A DNA stretch of 57,433 nt, the filler included, from Basidiobolus meristosporus CBS 931.73 (Eukaryota; Fungi; Basidiobolomycota): NCBI GenBank assembly GCA_002104905.1. It is 3 parts of 3 records of this genome, joined end to end, with 100 filler letters (N's around TTAATTAATTAA, not from the genome) between each part and the next. Parts side by side here need not be neighbours in the genome. Positions count along the whole stretch, not along the records: positions 20,207 to 39,136 come from MCFE01001044.1; positions 39,237 to 57,433 come from MCFE01001067.1; 1 more part is not named here. The stretch is one strand, 5' to 3'. The position numbers were made by a program, and so were the translations under genes. Below are positions 38,384-48,993 of this stretch, one piece after another (position 1 is the first letter of the stretch; every line of letters starts with the position of its first letter). The notes beneath the pieces are model-generated. The model made no database searches. It was not told the origin of the DNA and was given only the letters and a program-made list of their open reading frames with translations.

Positions 38384-38906
38384 GGGAGGAAAGTCACCAA
38401 GTGGTGAAATCTTTATTTACTTATGACAAGTATCTAAAGAAGCCAAGTTAATCTGAAGTTATTCCTAGAAAGCTAGGTCTGAGAGATATCTTCCTGGTAA
38501 GCCAGGTCTGAGAGTTGAAAAGCTGAGTGGTACTATATTTCCTAGTTAGCTAGGTCTGAGAGTGGTTTCCTGGAAAGCCAGGCCTGAGAAGTGAGAATCT
38601 GAATATATCTGAGCTAAGTTATCATGGTTTGCGGTAGCTGAATTGTGGCCGGAATGGCCAGTAGACTGGGGGAACTGAGATGTATTTCTGGGCGATCACT
38701 GGCCAAATTTACTAGGCAAATCTGGCCAAGTAGCATTTCAAGGATTTCAGCCAATCAGAGCCTTTACTTTGCCCGATGGTTGATCAAGCCATCTCCCAAA
38801 GAGCACACATCAATTTATTAATCAAATTTTTGCTGGATCCAGGATTTGAACCCACAACCATGGGTATGGAAGGGTTAGGGATAACCACAAGGCTAAGTGT
38901 TCTTGG
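38381..38906 (-). mobile_element. Telomere-associated tRNA-derived SINE, copy 2 (full length)
   Basis: A box 38885-38895 (TAGCCTTGTGG), B box 38842-38852 (GGTTCAAATCC), hairpin array at about 38464-38583, shared 3' tail. Confidence 0.88.
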
Positions 38907-39136
38907 TTAGGGTTAGGGTTAGGGTTAGGGTTAGGGTTAGGGTTAGGGTTAGGGTTAGGGTTAGGGTTAGGGTTAGGGTTAGGGTTAGGTTAGGGTTAGG
39001 GTTAGGGTTAGGGTTAGGGTTAGGGTTAGGGTTAGGGTTAGGTTAGGGTTAGGGTTAGGGTTAGGGTTAGGGTTAGGGTTAGGGTTAGGGTTAGGGTTAG
39101 GGTTAGGGTTAGGGTTAGGGTTAGGGTTAGGGTTAG
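38907..39136 (+). repeat. Telomeric array (TTAGGG)n with two TTAGG variants, running into the gap
   Basis: 230 bp of TTAGGG repeats ending at the N spacer. Confidence 0.98.
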
Positions 39137-39236
39137 NNNNNNNNNNNNNNNNNNNNNNNNNNNNNNNNNNNNNNNNNNNNTTAATTAATTAANNNNNNNN
39201 NNNNNNNNNNNNNNNNNNNNNNNNNNNNNNNNNNNN
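39137..39236. other. Artificial scaffold spacer (N44-TTAATTAATTAA-N44)
   Basis: Same 100-nt linker as at 20107. Confidence 0.97.
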
Positions 39237-40953
39237 CAGAAGTTGATGTGTGGCCCCTTGTAGCTGTAGCTTCCTCAAAAGCACAGGTATTACAACTCTA
39301 TCATATGCCTGCTTTAGGTCAATAAACACTCTGTTTGGCCGATGATGGGACCCTAATAGATGAAATGCATCATGGGATACCACCAAGTGGGAGATTGCAG
39401 AGTAGCCCTTTCTAAAGCCAGCTTGCAAGTAGTGAAATCCCGAGAGAGCTAGGGAGTTCATATATTGGAGAAGACAAGCCTCAAATAATCTCCTGTACAT
39501 GGCTGTTAGTGCCACTGGCCGGAATCCATCAATGGTTGCTGAAGATGATTTCTTTGCAATGGGATGTATATGCGAGATGTTCCACTTTGAAGGAGTACAG
39601 CCAAGCCTTAGACAGGAGTGAAATAGTTTTAATAAGTCATCAACAAATGCTGATGATCCGCATAAAACTTTGATAATCTTGATGTGCCATGGGATCCTCT
39701 CCAGCAGACTTAGATGATGGATACTTTTGAATTACAGCCAGTAATGCACTAGGAGTAAACCATTCTGAAGTAGAAAGCTGGTCCTTAAAATATAGACCGC
39801 TTGGCGGTATATAGGTGCCACTATAATCTATGTTGGAAGGCATTGCAAATATTTGCTTAAAATAAAGCACAGCATCGTCTAAAGCAGATAAATTGGGATC
39901 TCTGGAATTGATGCAACGGCTGGAGCACTGAGACTTTTGTGAGTTTTTAAAAAGCATTGCCGCCTTATTTGCTGCACTAGAGGAGTCTAACTTGGCAAGT
40001 AACAGCTTCTCGGTATTGTTAGGCTTACTTCGCACATGCTGTACAGAATAGCTCCCTAGGAAGTATTCGCAAATTGACACTACAATAGAGTCAAAGATTG
40101 TATATACAGCATCTATTGCTGCAACAATGTCTGGAGTTGGACTAGAAACATGTAATGAATCCAACAATCTCCAAGCAGCTTTTATAGGAGCTGATTTAGA
40201 TTCTAACGCATATTGCGCTAGAATAAGATTCTTGATGATAGGCTTTTCAAGAGGTTGCAGAAAGAGCTTGGTAGAGTCCGAACTAGATAATGGAATTGAA
40301 GGAGCCCAACTAAGAGAAATCTCAGCCAGCATAAATGCATGGTCTGAGAGGTCATTAAGGGAATTAGATTGAAATAACCAACTACCAGCAGCACTATAGC
40401 TGACAAAAGCATGGTCTGGGGTATTTCTTGGAGGGTTTGGTACTAAATGATTGAGCCCTAACTGGAAGGCCATTTGCGCAAATATATCAATACGATTTCT
40501 TGGTCCTACTCTTTGCGATCCATAAGCACTCCCAAAGTGCGTATTGATATCACCAAGTAGTAGAGTGAGTGGATCAGAAGGTAGGTACTGAGCAAGGGTA
40601 GAGCATGACATGGATGGTGGAAAGTAAACCGCCATGATGCTTGCTGCAAGTAATTTGACAGAGATTGTATATTGGGTTGCAACCACGCTAGATACTTGAT
40701 TTCTAAGATGCGGGGAGATTAGGCATATGAGACCTGCCTTGTGGTGTCCCCGATCAGAGCTAGGAGCAACTCTTTCTGATGAGGCAAGAAAATATGGATG
40801 TGAAGCATGTAAGCTTTGATCCACAAACCATGTTTCAGCTAAAAAGATTATGTCGTATGAGCTTTTCATTAAGCAAAGTATCTTGTTCCACTTGATTATG
40901 CTTAGTCCCTGACAGTTCCAGAAACCTATCTTTAGAAAGGTTTGCTTCATCAT
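39237..40953 (-). pseudogene. ORF2 (AP endonuclease + start of RT) of an APE-type LINE; 1-nt frameshift near 39687; 3' part lost in the gap
   Basis: IGFWNCQGL, IFLAETW, LLGDIN, PDHAF and LSDH are APE motifs. A frame change after SAGEDPM restores HIKIIKVL...WNISHIHPIAKK...FRPVAL, continuing to QAGFRKG and FIDLKQAYDRV (RT domains 1-3). Confidence 0.92.
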
Positions 40954-42536
40954 TGGCAGTCTGATGGGGAGTGCTCACTTAAGCTTTTTACTAATGAACA
41001 TGTAGGACTTTCAGCAATAGCTGCTGTTTCCATAGATGTACCGTTAGTACCTTGCTTTTCAGTGTTAGTTTCTAGTGGTATGCCACATTCTTTTGCTAAA
41101 GCAGCCAAATAGTTCTTATAAATTGTATCGTTGGACAGTGTATAAGACTGCTGTATGCGCTTAACATATGCTGCCTTAACCTTTTGTGCAACTTCGGTTG
41201 AAGCATTTGGATCTGATGGTTTTGAAGGATCCAGCTTTGATAACAGTGTCAAGAAGGGATATTTTTTCACGTGTGCAACAAATGAATGTGCATATGATGC
41301 AGCAATAGTGAATTCTAAGGTGTTTTTTCCAATAAAATCTATACTCCATATCTTTGAGAGCTGAAATCTCAGATCATAGAGAATGGTTTTAACATCCCTA
41401 ATCCGCTGATGTTGTATTCCTCTGAGATATATGCGACAACATTGATGCTGCTCTTCTGCATGAGTAGTAGTGTATGGAGGTTTTGCTCCAACACATTTTC
41501 GCATAGCTGCTTGCATCCGTGCAATTTCCTCTCTTGTTCCGGTCTTAGCATTTTTTTTAGCTATCTCGGCAAATGTTGGTTTGTGGATTTTTTTTGCTAT
41601 TGTGTACTCATTAGGTACATTGGTTGTTGCTGAAGTGCTGGCATGTGTGGTCACTGTAGGGAGCTCACATCGTGTTGTATCCTGAAAGGCAGCTTTTCCT
41701 TGGTCCAATGACTTCTGCTCATCCAGAACCAACTCTGTGAGACTACTGCAACTTTGAGCAGTGCCAAGCTGTCCCTTTTGGACTTCGAGAAGATTCTCTA
41801 TTAGAATAGTTAGCTTGTCTATTCTTGAGTCAAAAGAAGCTATTTTTGCCTCCATTGACCGCAAACTCTGCTCTAATGAAAGGATTCTTGCTGTAGTGCT
41901 AGTAGAATTTGGGTCTTGTTGTAATGGGGAGTAGGCTTTTCGCTTTCTTGAATGCTTTGGTTTGTGCTCATATGGATTGCTGACAGAAGGTAAGCTTGGT
42001 GAATGTAGTGCTATATCCGGTTTAGATTTGTTGTACTCAAGGCTATATAAGCTGCCTGCTGGCGTTCCATTCATTGATTCATCGTCAGAAGAGGTGCCAG
42101 AGTGCTCACGCTCACATGATGATGAAATTACGATTTCCAAGTTATGAGAGTGATTTTGAATAAGTTGTGCAGCGGGCAGATGGTCAGCTTCGGACTCTGA
42201 ACAAGCGGCCCATAAGGCATTTGAGGCTTTAGCCTTGATTGGAAGCAAGTCCTCCGAAAGTAGAAGGCATTCAGTCCAGAATTGCAAGGCCTTGTATTTG
42301 GTGGAGCAGTGCTTACACTTGAAACAGCCATAAGTAGCACTACCCACTCCATTAGAATCCTTAGTAAAGCCGTAGCCAGGACCACACTTCGGGCATATTG
42401 CTTTATTCCTATTACTCTCATAATAGGCAAGTGCGGATTTACTTGGCTCCAGAGACCAATACCAACCCCTTGGCGGGTTAGTTGTAGATGGGTTAGGGGA
42501 ATTCATGTTGGGGCTAATATTCCGAGATAAAGACAT
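40950..42536 (-). CDS. LINE ORF1 (gag-like) protein, 528 aa, intact
   Basis: Lies directly upstream of and overlapping ORF2; has a CPKC-x17-CKHC zinc-finger-like motif, a coiled coil (ILSLEQSLRSMEAKIASFDSRIDKLTILIENL) and a C-terminal RRM-like block (RIYLRGIQ...IDFIGKNTLEF). Confidence 0.8.
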   Translation of the reverse strand: MSLSRNISPNMNSPNPSTTNPPRGWYWSLEPSKSALAYYESNRNKAICPKCGPGYGFTKDSNGVGSATYGCFKCKHCSTKYKALQFWTECLLLSEDLLPIKAKASNALWAACSESEADHLPAAQLIQNHSHNLEIVISSSCEREHSGTSSDDESMNGTPAGSLYSLEYNKSKPDIALHSPSLPSVSNPYEHKPKHSRKRKAYSPLQQDPNSTSTTARILSLEQSLRSMEAKIASFDSRIDKLTILIENLLEVQKGQLGTAQSCSSLTELVLDEQKSLDQGKAAFQDTTRCELPTVTTHASTSATTNVPNEYTIAKKIHKPTFAEIAKKNAKTGTREEIARMQAAMRKCVGAKPPYTTTHAEEQHQCCRIYLRGIQHQRIRDVKTILYDLRFQLSKIWSIDFIGKNTLEFTIAASYAHSFVAHVKKYPFLTLLSKLDPSKPSDPNASTEVAQKVKAAYVKRIQQSYTLSNDTIYKNYLAALAKECGIPLETNTEKQGTNGTSMETAAIAESPTCSLVKSLSEHSPSDCQ

Positions 42537-42732
42537 ATTGAAAATTGCATAAATTATCCGTCCACATTTCCATTACTTTAAATATAAACAAAAGCAGCAA
42601 CGGTTTTAGAGGCTAGAAATAGATCACAGCGAACAGCATAGAATGTTTCATGGCTGTATCACCCCATTCCAACTGGACTGCTGATGACTAGGTAAATACT
42701 ATATGCGAGTATCTTGCCACATCATAGCCAGC

Positions 42733-42871
42733 CATGTTGGGTATTTGGTGTATACGAAACATGTTGGGTATTTGGTGTATACAAAACATGTTGGGTATTT
42801 GGTGTATACGAAACATGTTGGGTATTTGGTGTATACAAAACATGTTGGGTATTTGGTGTATACGAAACATG
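42733..42871. repeat. 27-bp tandem repeat x5 (CATGTTGGGTATTTGGTGTATACRAAA), alternating G/A
   Basis: Read directly from the sequence. Confidence 0.97.
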
Positions 42872-43632
42872 GCATACAATCTCAAGATGAATATTGACAG
42901 GATTACTCCCCAAAATCCCATGGACACATTATTGCATGTGTTACGCCATCAAGTTTGAGAGGGAGGAGACACAGTGCAGATCAAAATCAAAACAATAGAT
43001 CGATCAACAGTGCAGCATTCAAAAAAAAGGGCAAGCTATGACTTCCTGATACAGTATGGCACCGCGCGGCAGCAAAGTGCACCAAAGTAAGGTTAGGATG
43101 ACTAGCTTTAAAGAATCTTCAACTACCACAGTAGGTGCTAAGAATTGTGGGCTTGCCGTTCCAAAACTGAAAACAGTCTAGGGTTGCGGTTTTAATACGT
43201 TAGCAAATATCTGGTACTAAACGAAGACTACTTCAACAAGTTAATCTAAAGGGTCATATGTGATAGAGGTTGGTGATACACTAAAAAAGTGCGCCGTATA
43301 CTAATTACCTCCTTTAGGCACTAGCAAAGCTCTGTAGCAATCCTTGTATACTAAGGCGAATCTGGTTTTGGATACCTGTTGCCAGTCAGCCCAAGAACGA
43401 TATCTGTTCCAGGCTCAAGTTCACGTGAGCTAGGCATCATTCGATCAGATCCTGTTATTCTCGGAAAATATACCAAGTGGCTTAGAAGGAACTATTTTGG
43501 GTTTCTTGCAGGTCCGTTTCGTGGAGTACCAAGATATCGACTGTTCTGCACCGTAAACTAACGCTGGTTCCGAGAAACCATCTACTTGATGTGATTACTC
43601 TACTATGCCCCTTGTATGAAAGGAGAAAACCA

Positions 43633-43752
43633 CTAGTCACAAACAGGTTTGGATTGTCAACAACAGGACATTCTAGTCACAAATAGGTTTGGATTGTCAA
43701 CAACAGGACATTCTAGTCACAAACAGGTTTGGATTGTCAACAACAGGACATT
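43633..43752. repeat. 40-bp tandem repeat x3
   Basis: CTAGTCACAAACAGGTTTGGATTGTCAACAACAGGACATT three times, with one substitution. Confidence 0.97.
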
Positions 43753-45884
43753 GACCAGGTTGCTTGCTTGTTTAGTTTGACAGAGGCTATGCTAGTTGAT
43801 ATTCTTCAACTCGTTGACCTGCCTATTACAATCGATTCACACAGTTCTAAGATTGAGAAGAGTCTTATTGAGGTCCTGAGGGAAGGAGCCTTTTGGGGTG
43901 CTCTGCTCAGCATATCCAAATCCAGTGAAACGTTGCGAGGTAATCACCGTTTATTGCGGGTTGCACAGGTCATACATACTGGCACAGAGCTCCTCTCCGA
44001 GGGGGAAGTATCTGTAATGGCTATAGAACAACTGCAAGCTCTGCCGCAACACGACATCATCCCAATTATGAAAGCCGCTCAAGAAATCCTTCATCTCCCC
44101 GTATGTACTCTCTCGACAGAGGAGCTCGCAAATTTTTATAGGGAATGTAGGCTGGCAAGAACTCGGATGCGCACCTTAAACAGATTTCTCGGGGTGTGTG
44201 TTTTGACTAATGCTATGGATGCTGGCGAGGTACTGTGCCAGTTAAAAGACATGGAGAAGTCGATAGATGCCTCTAAACTATCATCTATTTCAAGTGCTTG
44301 TTTCTGGGACGTTAAAGTGTGCTGACCAAATACTATGAAGTAGGGACTTTTACAAATATACTAAAATCCATGTCCTCGAAAAAAGATATGCTACTGGTTG
44401 CGGATATAGCAGCCACCTTTTTTCCTGCCGCTATTCAAGCATATTCTCAGCATGCCAAGCTCTATGATGATTGGCAAAAAATCTCCCTGAAAGAAATCGA
44501 ACAAGTATGGGAACGAGTGCCCGTAAAGGATGCGGAGAAGGAGTTGCGATTCCTGAGGGAAGAGAGCAGAGACGACTTCAAGCCGTAAAGTCCTTCATTG
44601 ATCTCGTGTAATGCCGGTCCAAGAAATCAAAGCAATCTATGGTGCCCCAGAATGCTACACCTCATCGGTGGCAACCGAGGATATATTGACCAACTTGAAG
44701 TCACCAGAGCATACCTTGGGAAGCTACCAGCAAGCACTCGGAAGAATTCAGCAACTCCTCAATTCCTACGATCGCCGGTTTTGGAAACTGTTGCAAGAGA
44801 TGGTATCCGGGAAGGATTTTCTTCAATTCCTGACTGCTGTAGTCGAGAATGACTTGCGGAATATGATGATGCGCGTGTGATCCAGGAGGAAACAATCTTT
44901 TCCATGATCGAAGTCCAAAGATCCCTAAAACCGGTTCTTCAAGCAATCCATACCTGGAGGGAGGCCCCACTTCTCAATATCCTCCAAGAAATTGCCAGGG
45001 ACAATCCGGTGCTACATTCAAGAATTAGTATGTTGCCCTTCAAAATCTATACAACAATATTGCAAATCGTGGAGAAGCTACGAAGGATAAAATAGCCAAT
45101 GCTGTTAAGCGTGGGACGTACGACTTTGTCTTCCAAGAAAGGGTGGATGTTTTGCTGAATTACCGCGGAGAATCTAAGCAGACGTCACTTGCTGAGCTTC
45201 AAGATCTTTGTGGAAGGGCAAGGCTGTATGCCAAGTCCGCCATGTCAGAAGCGAAGTCCTTATCGCTGGGAGCTGGAAAAGACGAGGAGCATATGGTGGA
45301 CATCATGCACGAGTTTGTGCAGATCGTGGATACTATACAGGGCATGATACCAATTGCTACCAAGCTGATCCGACTGGGCCACCTGAAGTATATCAATTTC
45401 GTCCGGAAAGCTGTCAGAAAGTCCAAGTTGGTGGCCCTGGCTACGGAACTCAAGGAGGATTTGCAAGATCTGTTGTTTATCATCGGTGATGCGCAGCGAG
45501 AAAACTATTACCTGACATTCTACAATCCACACGATTTCCTGATCTTTTACCAGTACTTCTATCAAATTGTTACCCAGGCGATGCTGATATTCCGACTAAA
45601 TGCCACGATCTACTTCGATTCTACCACCCGAAAGCGCCATCTTTCGATCATGCACTCCTCGTGGCTGAAAATTACTCACTTATCCTTTCGTATATTGGGA
45701 GTCGTTTGAGGGATGTCCTTGGCGACCTTCCGAAAACCGTCCATACAGCATGCCACAGTCCACACTGGATATTGTTCAGCCGGGAAAGTTGTTCGTAGTT
45801 GCCTGCGCCAGCCGATACCAAACATCGTAATATCGCTGTTTGTGAACTGTAAACAGTATTCACAGCCATGGCAAATAATGATTT

Positions 45885-46005
45885 GCCGCTCCAGCACTAC
45901 AGAAGAAGAGATCCGATGTTTCCTAAGCCGCTCCAGCACTACAGAAGAAGAGATCCGATGTTTCCTAAGCGCTCAGCACTACAGAAGAGATCCGATGTTT
46001 CCTAA
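45885..46005. repeat. 42-bp tandem repeat, about 3 copies, inside the RNF213-like pseudogene
   Basis: GCCGCTCCAGCACTACAGAAGAAGAGATCCGATGTTTCCTAA twice plus a shortened third copy. Confidence 0.95.
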
Positions 46006-48855
46006 CGAGAGCCTTTTTTGCATCAACAGCAGGGCACAGTTCAAAGCTGTTCTGCGTTGCAGGTGTCGATATCCTGTCTAGTGATGATTCAAGAACACCG
46101 GACTCTGTGCAATTACATGCTTGCATTGATCCGAAAACGAGAATCACCATATCCTGGATCAGTTTGCCTCGTTGGTTGTCCGTTCCAGCGGCTTAGCTGA
46201 CAAGTCGATGAAAAGACTTTATTCAGATTTCCGAAACGTTACGTGTGTTACTTCTGCTCACTCGGGTCAAGGGAAAACCACCAGAATCAATCAGATTTGC
46301 GGTGAAAATAGGAAACATACAGTAATGATCAGCGGGGACTCGACATACCCCAGCCTTATCAAAGCACCGGAAACGCTTATCTTGCCTTCAGGAGAGATAT
46401 TCGTAGAATTTTCTTCAGATTTTGGAGATATGCTGCCATTCGCAACCTATCTGAATCTTAAGCCAGAGCCCTGGATCGATATGCGCAATCTATAGGAACA
46501 GGGATTTAGTACCTAGAAGCGTAATTAATCTACTGGAGAGTCAGCACTTTGGAAGATCGCGGTTCCATCTCTCCGACTACAATGAGATGAGTCAAGAAAA
46601 TCTGATGGCGTTGCTACAATCACTTGTTAGGACAAACCTATCGGAATGGAGACCTGAAAGACCATATGTCTTGAGTGCAGACAATGTGCTAAAAATGGTC
46701 CTAATGCTCTTGCGTATTCATGCAAATATACCCATTATCATCCGGGCGAGGCTGGGTGTGGCAAGGTATTGTTTTCCAGAATAGCACACAGGTTCATTAA
46801 TATCTTATCTTAAGGTACTTTAGAGCAGCTTAATCGGCTTTCTCGCCTCTATGATGGAGGCTAAATTACAAATCCTCAATCTCCATGCAGGTGTTAGTGA
46901 AGGGGAAATCCAAGCTTTTGTTGAGAATGCAAATTCCCTTGCGAGAACAGGCCCCCTGTGGGTGTTCTTCGATGAAATTAATACTTGTAATCATATGGGC
47001 CTATTAATGTCTATTATTACCGATTGCTCGCTGTATGGGCAATCGCTAAGTGACAATCTAAGATTCTTTGCTGCTTGCAATCCGTATCGACTCCGTAAGA
47101 TCCCAACAGACGCAGCCGCTCTAAAGGAGTATTTTTATGAAGAACAAAGCAAGTTGGTCTATCAAGTCCATCCCGTCCCAGAGGCGTTGCTAGACTATAT
47201 ATGGGATTACGGCGTATTGAGTCCTTTGGATGAAAACCTATACACCCAACATATGGTCACGCATTCTATGTCGAATTTTGCTGAATCCCAAATGTTTGCA
47301 GAAATGCTATGCATGTCTCAGGAACACATACGTAGTATCGATGGGGAGCATAGTGTCAGCTTACGAGATATTAAACGAGCCATCGAACTTGCAAGATTCT
47401 TTCGCCAGAGTCTTGAAAGTAGGGCAGCCCTAAAAACCAAGAGGGCTTCGTATCCGCAAGCAGACGATATCCCGCAGCGCTCTATGGTCCTTGCACTAGT
47501 TGTCTCTTATCAGTGTAGGTTGTATCGTCATGAAGATCGAAGGAAATATCGGGAAAACCTTGGGAATATATTTGCCAAGTTCAAGAATCCAATCACTACT
47601 CAGGGGATTCTGGAGATATTTCATCATGATGCCATTGACTATTTCAACCGAATGATATGTGGTGATGATGTTGCACCTAGTGAAGCACTGCTGGAAAATA
47701 TGCTCGCTACTATTGCATGCATTTTAACCAACATTCCAATCTTTGTAGTTGGGGCTCCTGTAAGTCAATCAATCAAAATCTGCGAGGTGCTGACTCTAAC
47801 GACCCATAAAAGTGAATGAAAAGTTCAATGAATCGTTTTGAGAAGCACCAGCTGTCTGTACTGGATATAATATCGGCAAACATATATGACACGGTCTCAT
47901 CGCTGAATGACTGGCTTGAGGCCTATACCACGCTGGCTACGTCGAATGCAGAAACAAGCTTCTGTGTCTCTGATGCTTTTCTTGGCCTCAATCCCAAAGA
48001 GAATCTGTACGGACTTGTACTGCGCCAGTACCACACGAAATCGGAGGGAAATATCATTGAATCTTGCAAGAAGGCTCTTGTCAAGCTTGCCAGTGTGGAT
48101 ACGATTGTCCGGTCAAGATACTCTCTATTGGCCCAAAGAGCTCCGAAGGACCCACGTGTATGGGACGAATACTTCTTTTCAAAGTGCCACCAGGGTGATC
48201 TACGAGATTTTTACCAGCACAATATAGCAGACGTCAATAATCATAGTAGTCGTACGATTATTCGTACCTTTTCGAAAATCAATACTGATATTCAGAGTTT
48301 AGTCTGCGATTTGGTCAAGTGCCAAGTTGACAAATTATCAACTCTCAAGTCGGAGGCTGATATTTTTGGAAAGAATCCATACTACAGTGTGATGTTACGT
48401 CGGCCCAATCCATGTAGATCAGCACCAACGAACTAGCTTGGCCGAGAAGAGCCGCATGCCAAAGCACACCTGCATAATTCTGCATCTGAATCGCCAGAGA
48501 GGCTACATGCCAGCAACGGATATCAGTTTCCTATGTGAATGGAGCCAAGTAACTATTGACCTGTTAGCACCGCTCAATATGCCCTTTAAAGACTTGTTGA
48601 CTCGGCCGATGGAAGTGATTCTCGATACCTGGTATCCATTTGAAGATATTCTAGAAATAGAGCTAATATGGTGCATATCTTGCAACAGGTATCCACCTGG
48701 AAGCGAATGGCATGATCAGATTCGGTACAGTACCACCGCCCTTTCCAACGAATCATCAAGATTGATATTTACCAATTTGCATTTGTTGCTATTAGAGGGA
48801 GACTGCTACAAATTCCCAAAGACAGGCTTTTCGTAGCATTGCTGAAACAAAGAGT

Positions 48856-48993
48856 ATTGGCAGTAATCAGAGACCAAAGTTTAGGAGATTGGCAGTAATC
48901 AGAGACCAAAGTTTAGGAGCATTGGCAGTAATCAGAGACCAAAGTTTTAGGAGATTGGCAGTAATCAGAGACCAAAGTTTAGGAGATTGGCAG
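48856..48993. repeat. 32-bp tandem repeat x4 inside the RNF213-like pseudogene
   Basis: ATTGGCAGTAATCAGAGACCAAAGTTTAGGAG four times, with two 1-nt insertions. Confidence 0.95.

Noticed and set aside
36991-38400. 469-aa ORF-track protein starting MVTFLPPNPNPNP as a functional SINE-telomere-RT fusion gene
   Set aside because: The start is TTG inside the SINE tail with a TAA five codons upstream, PNPNPNP is translated CCCTAA, RT domain 0 is missing and no Met occurs before the RT core. It is a truncation junction.
38830-38902. Functional tRNA-Gly gene
   Set aside because: Acceptor, D and anticodon stems do not pair; only the A/B boxes and T arm are retained.
42733-48993. Short tandem repeats as CRISPR-like arrays
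   Set aside because: No unique spacers, eukaryotic context and no cas genes.
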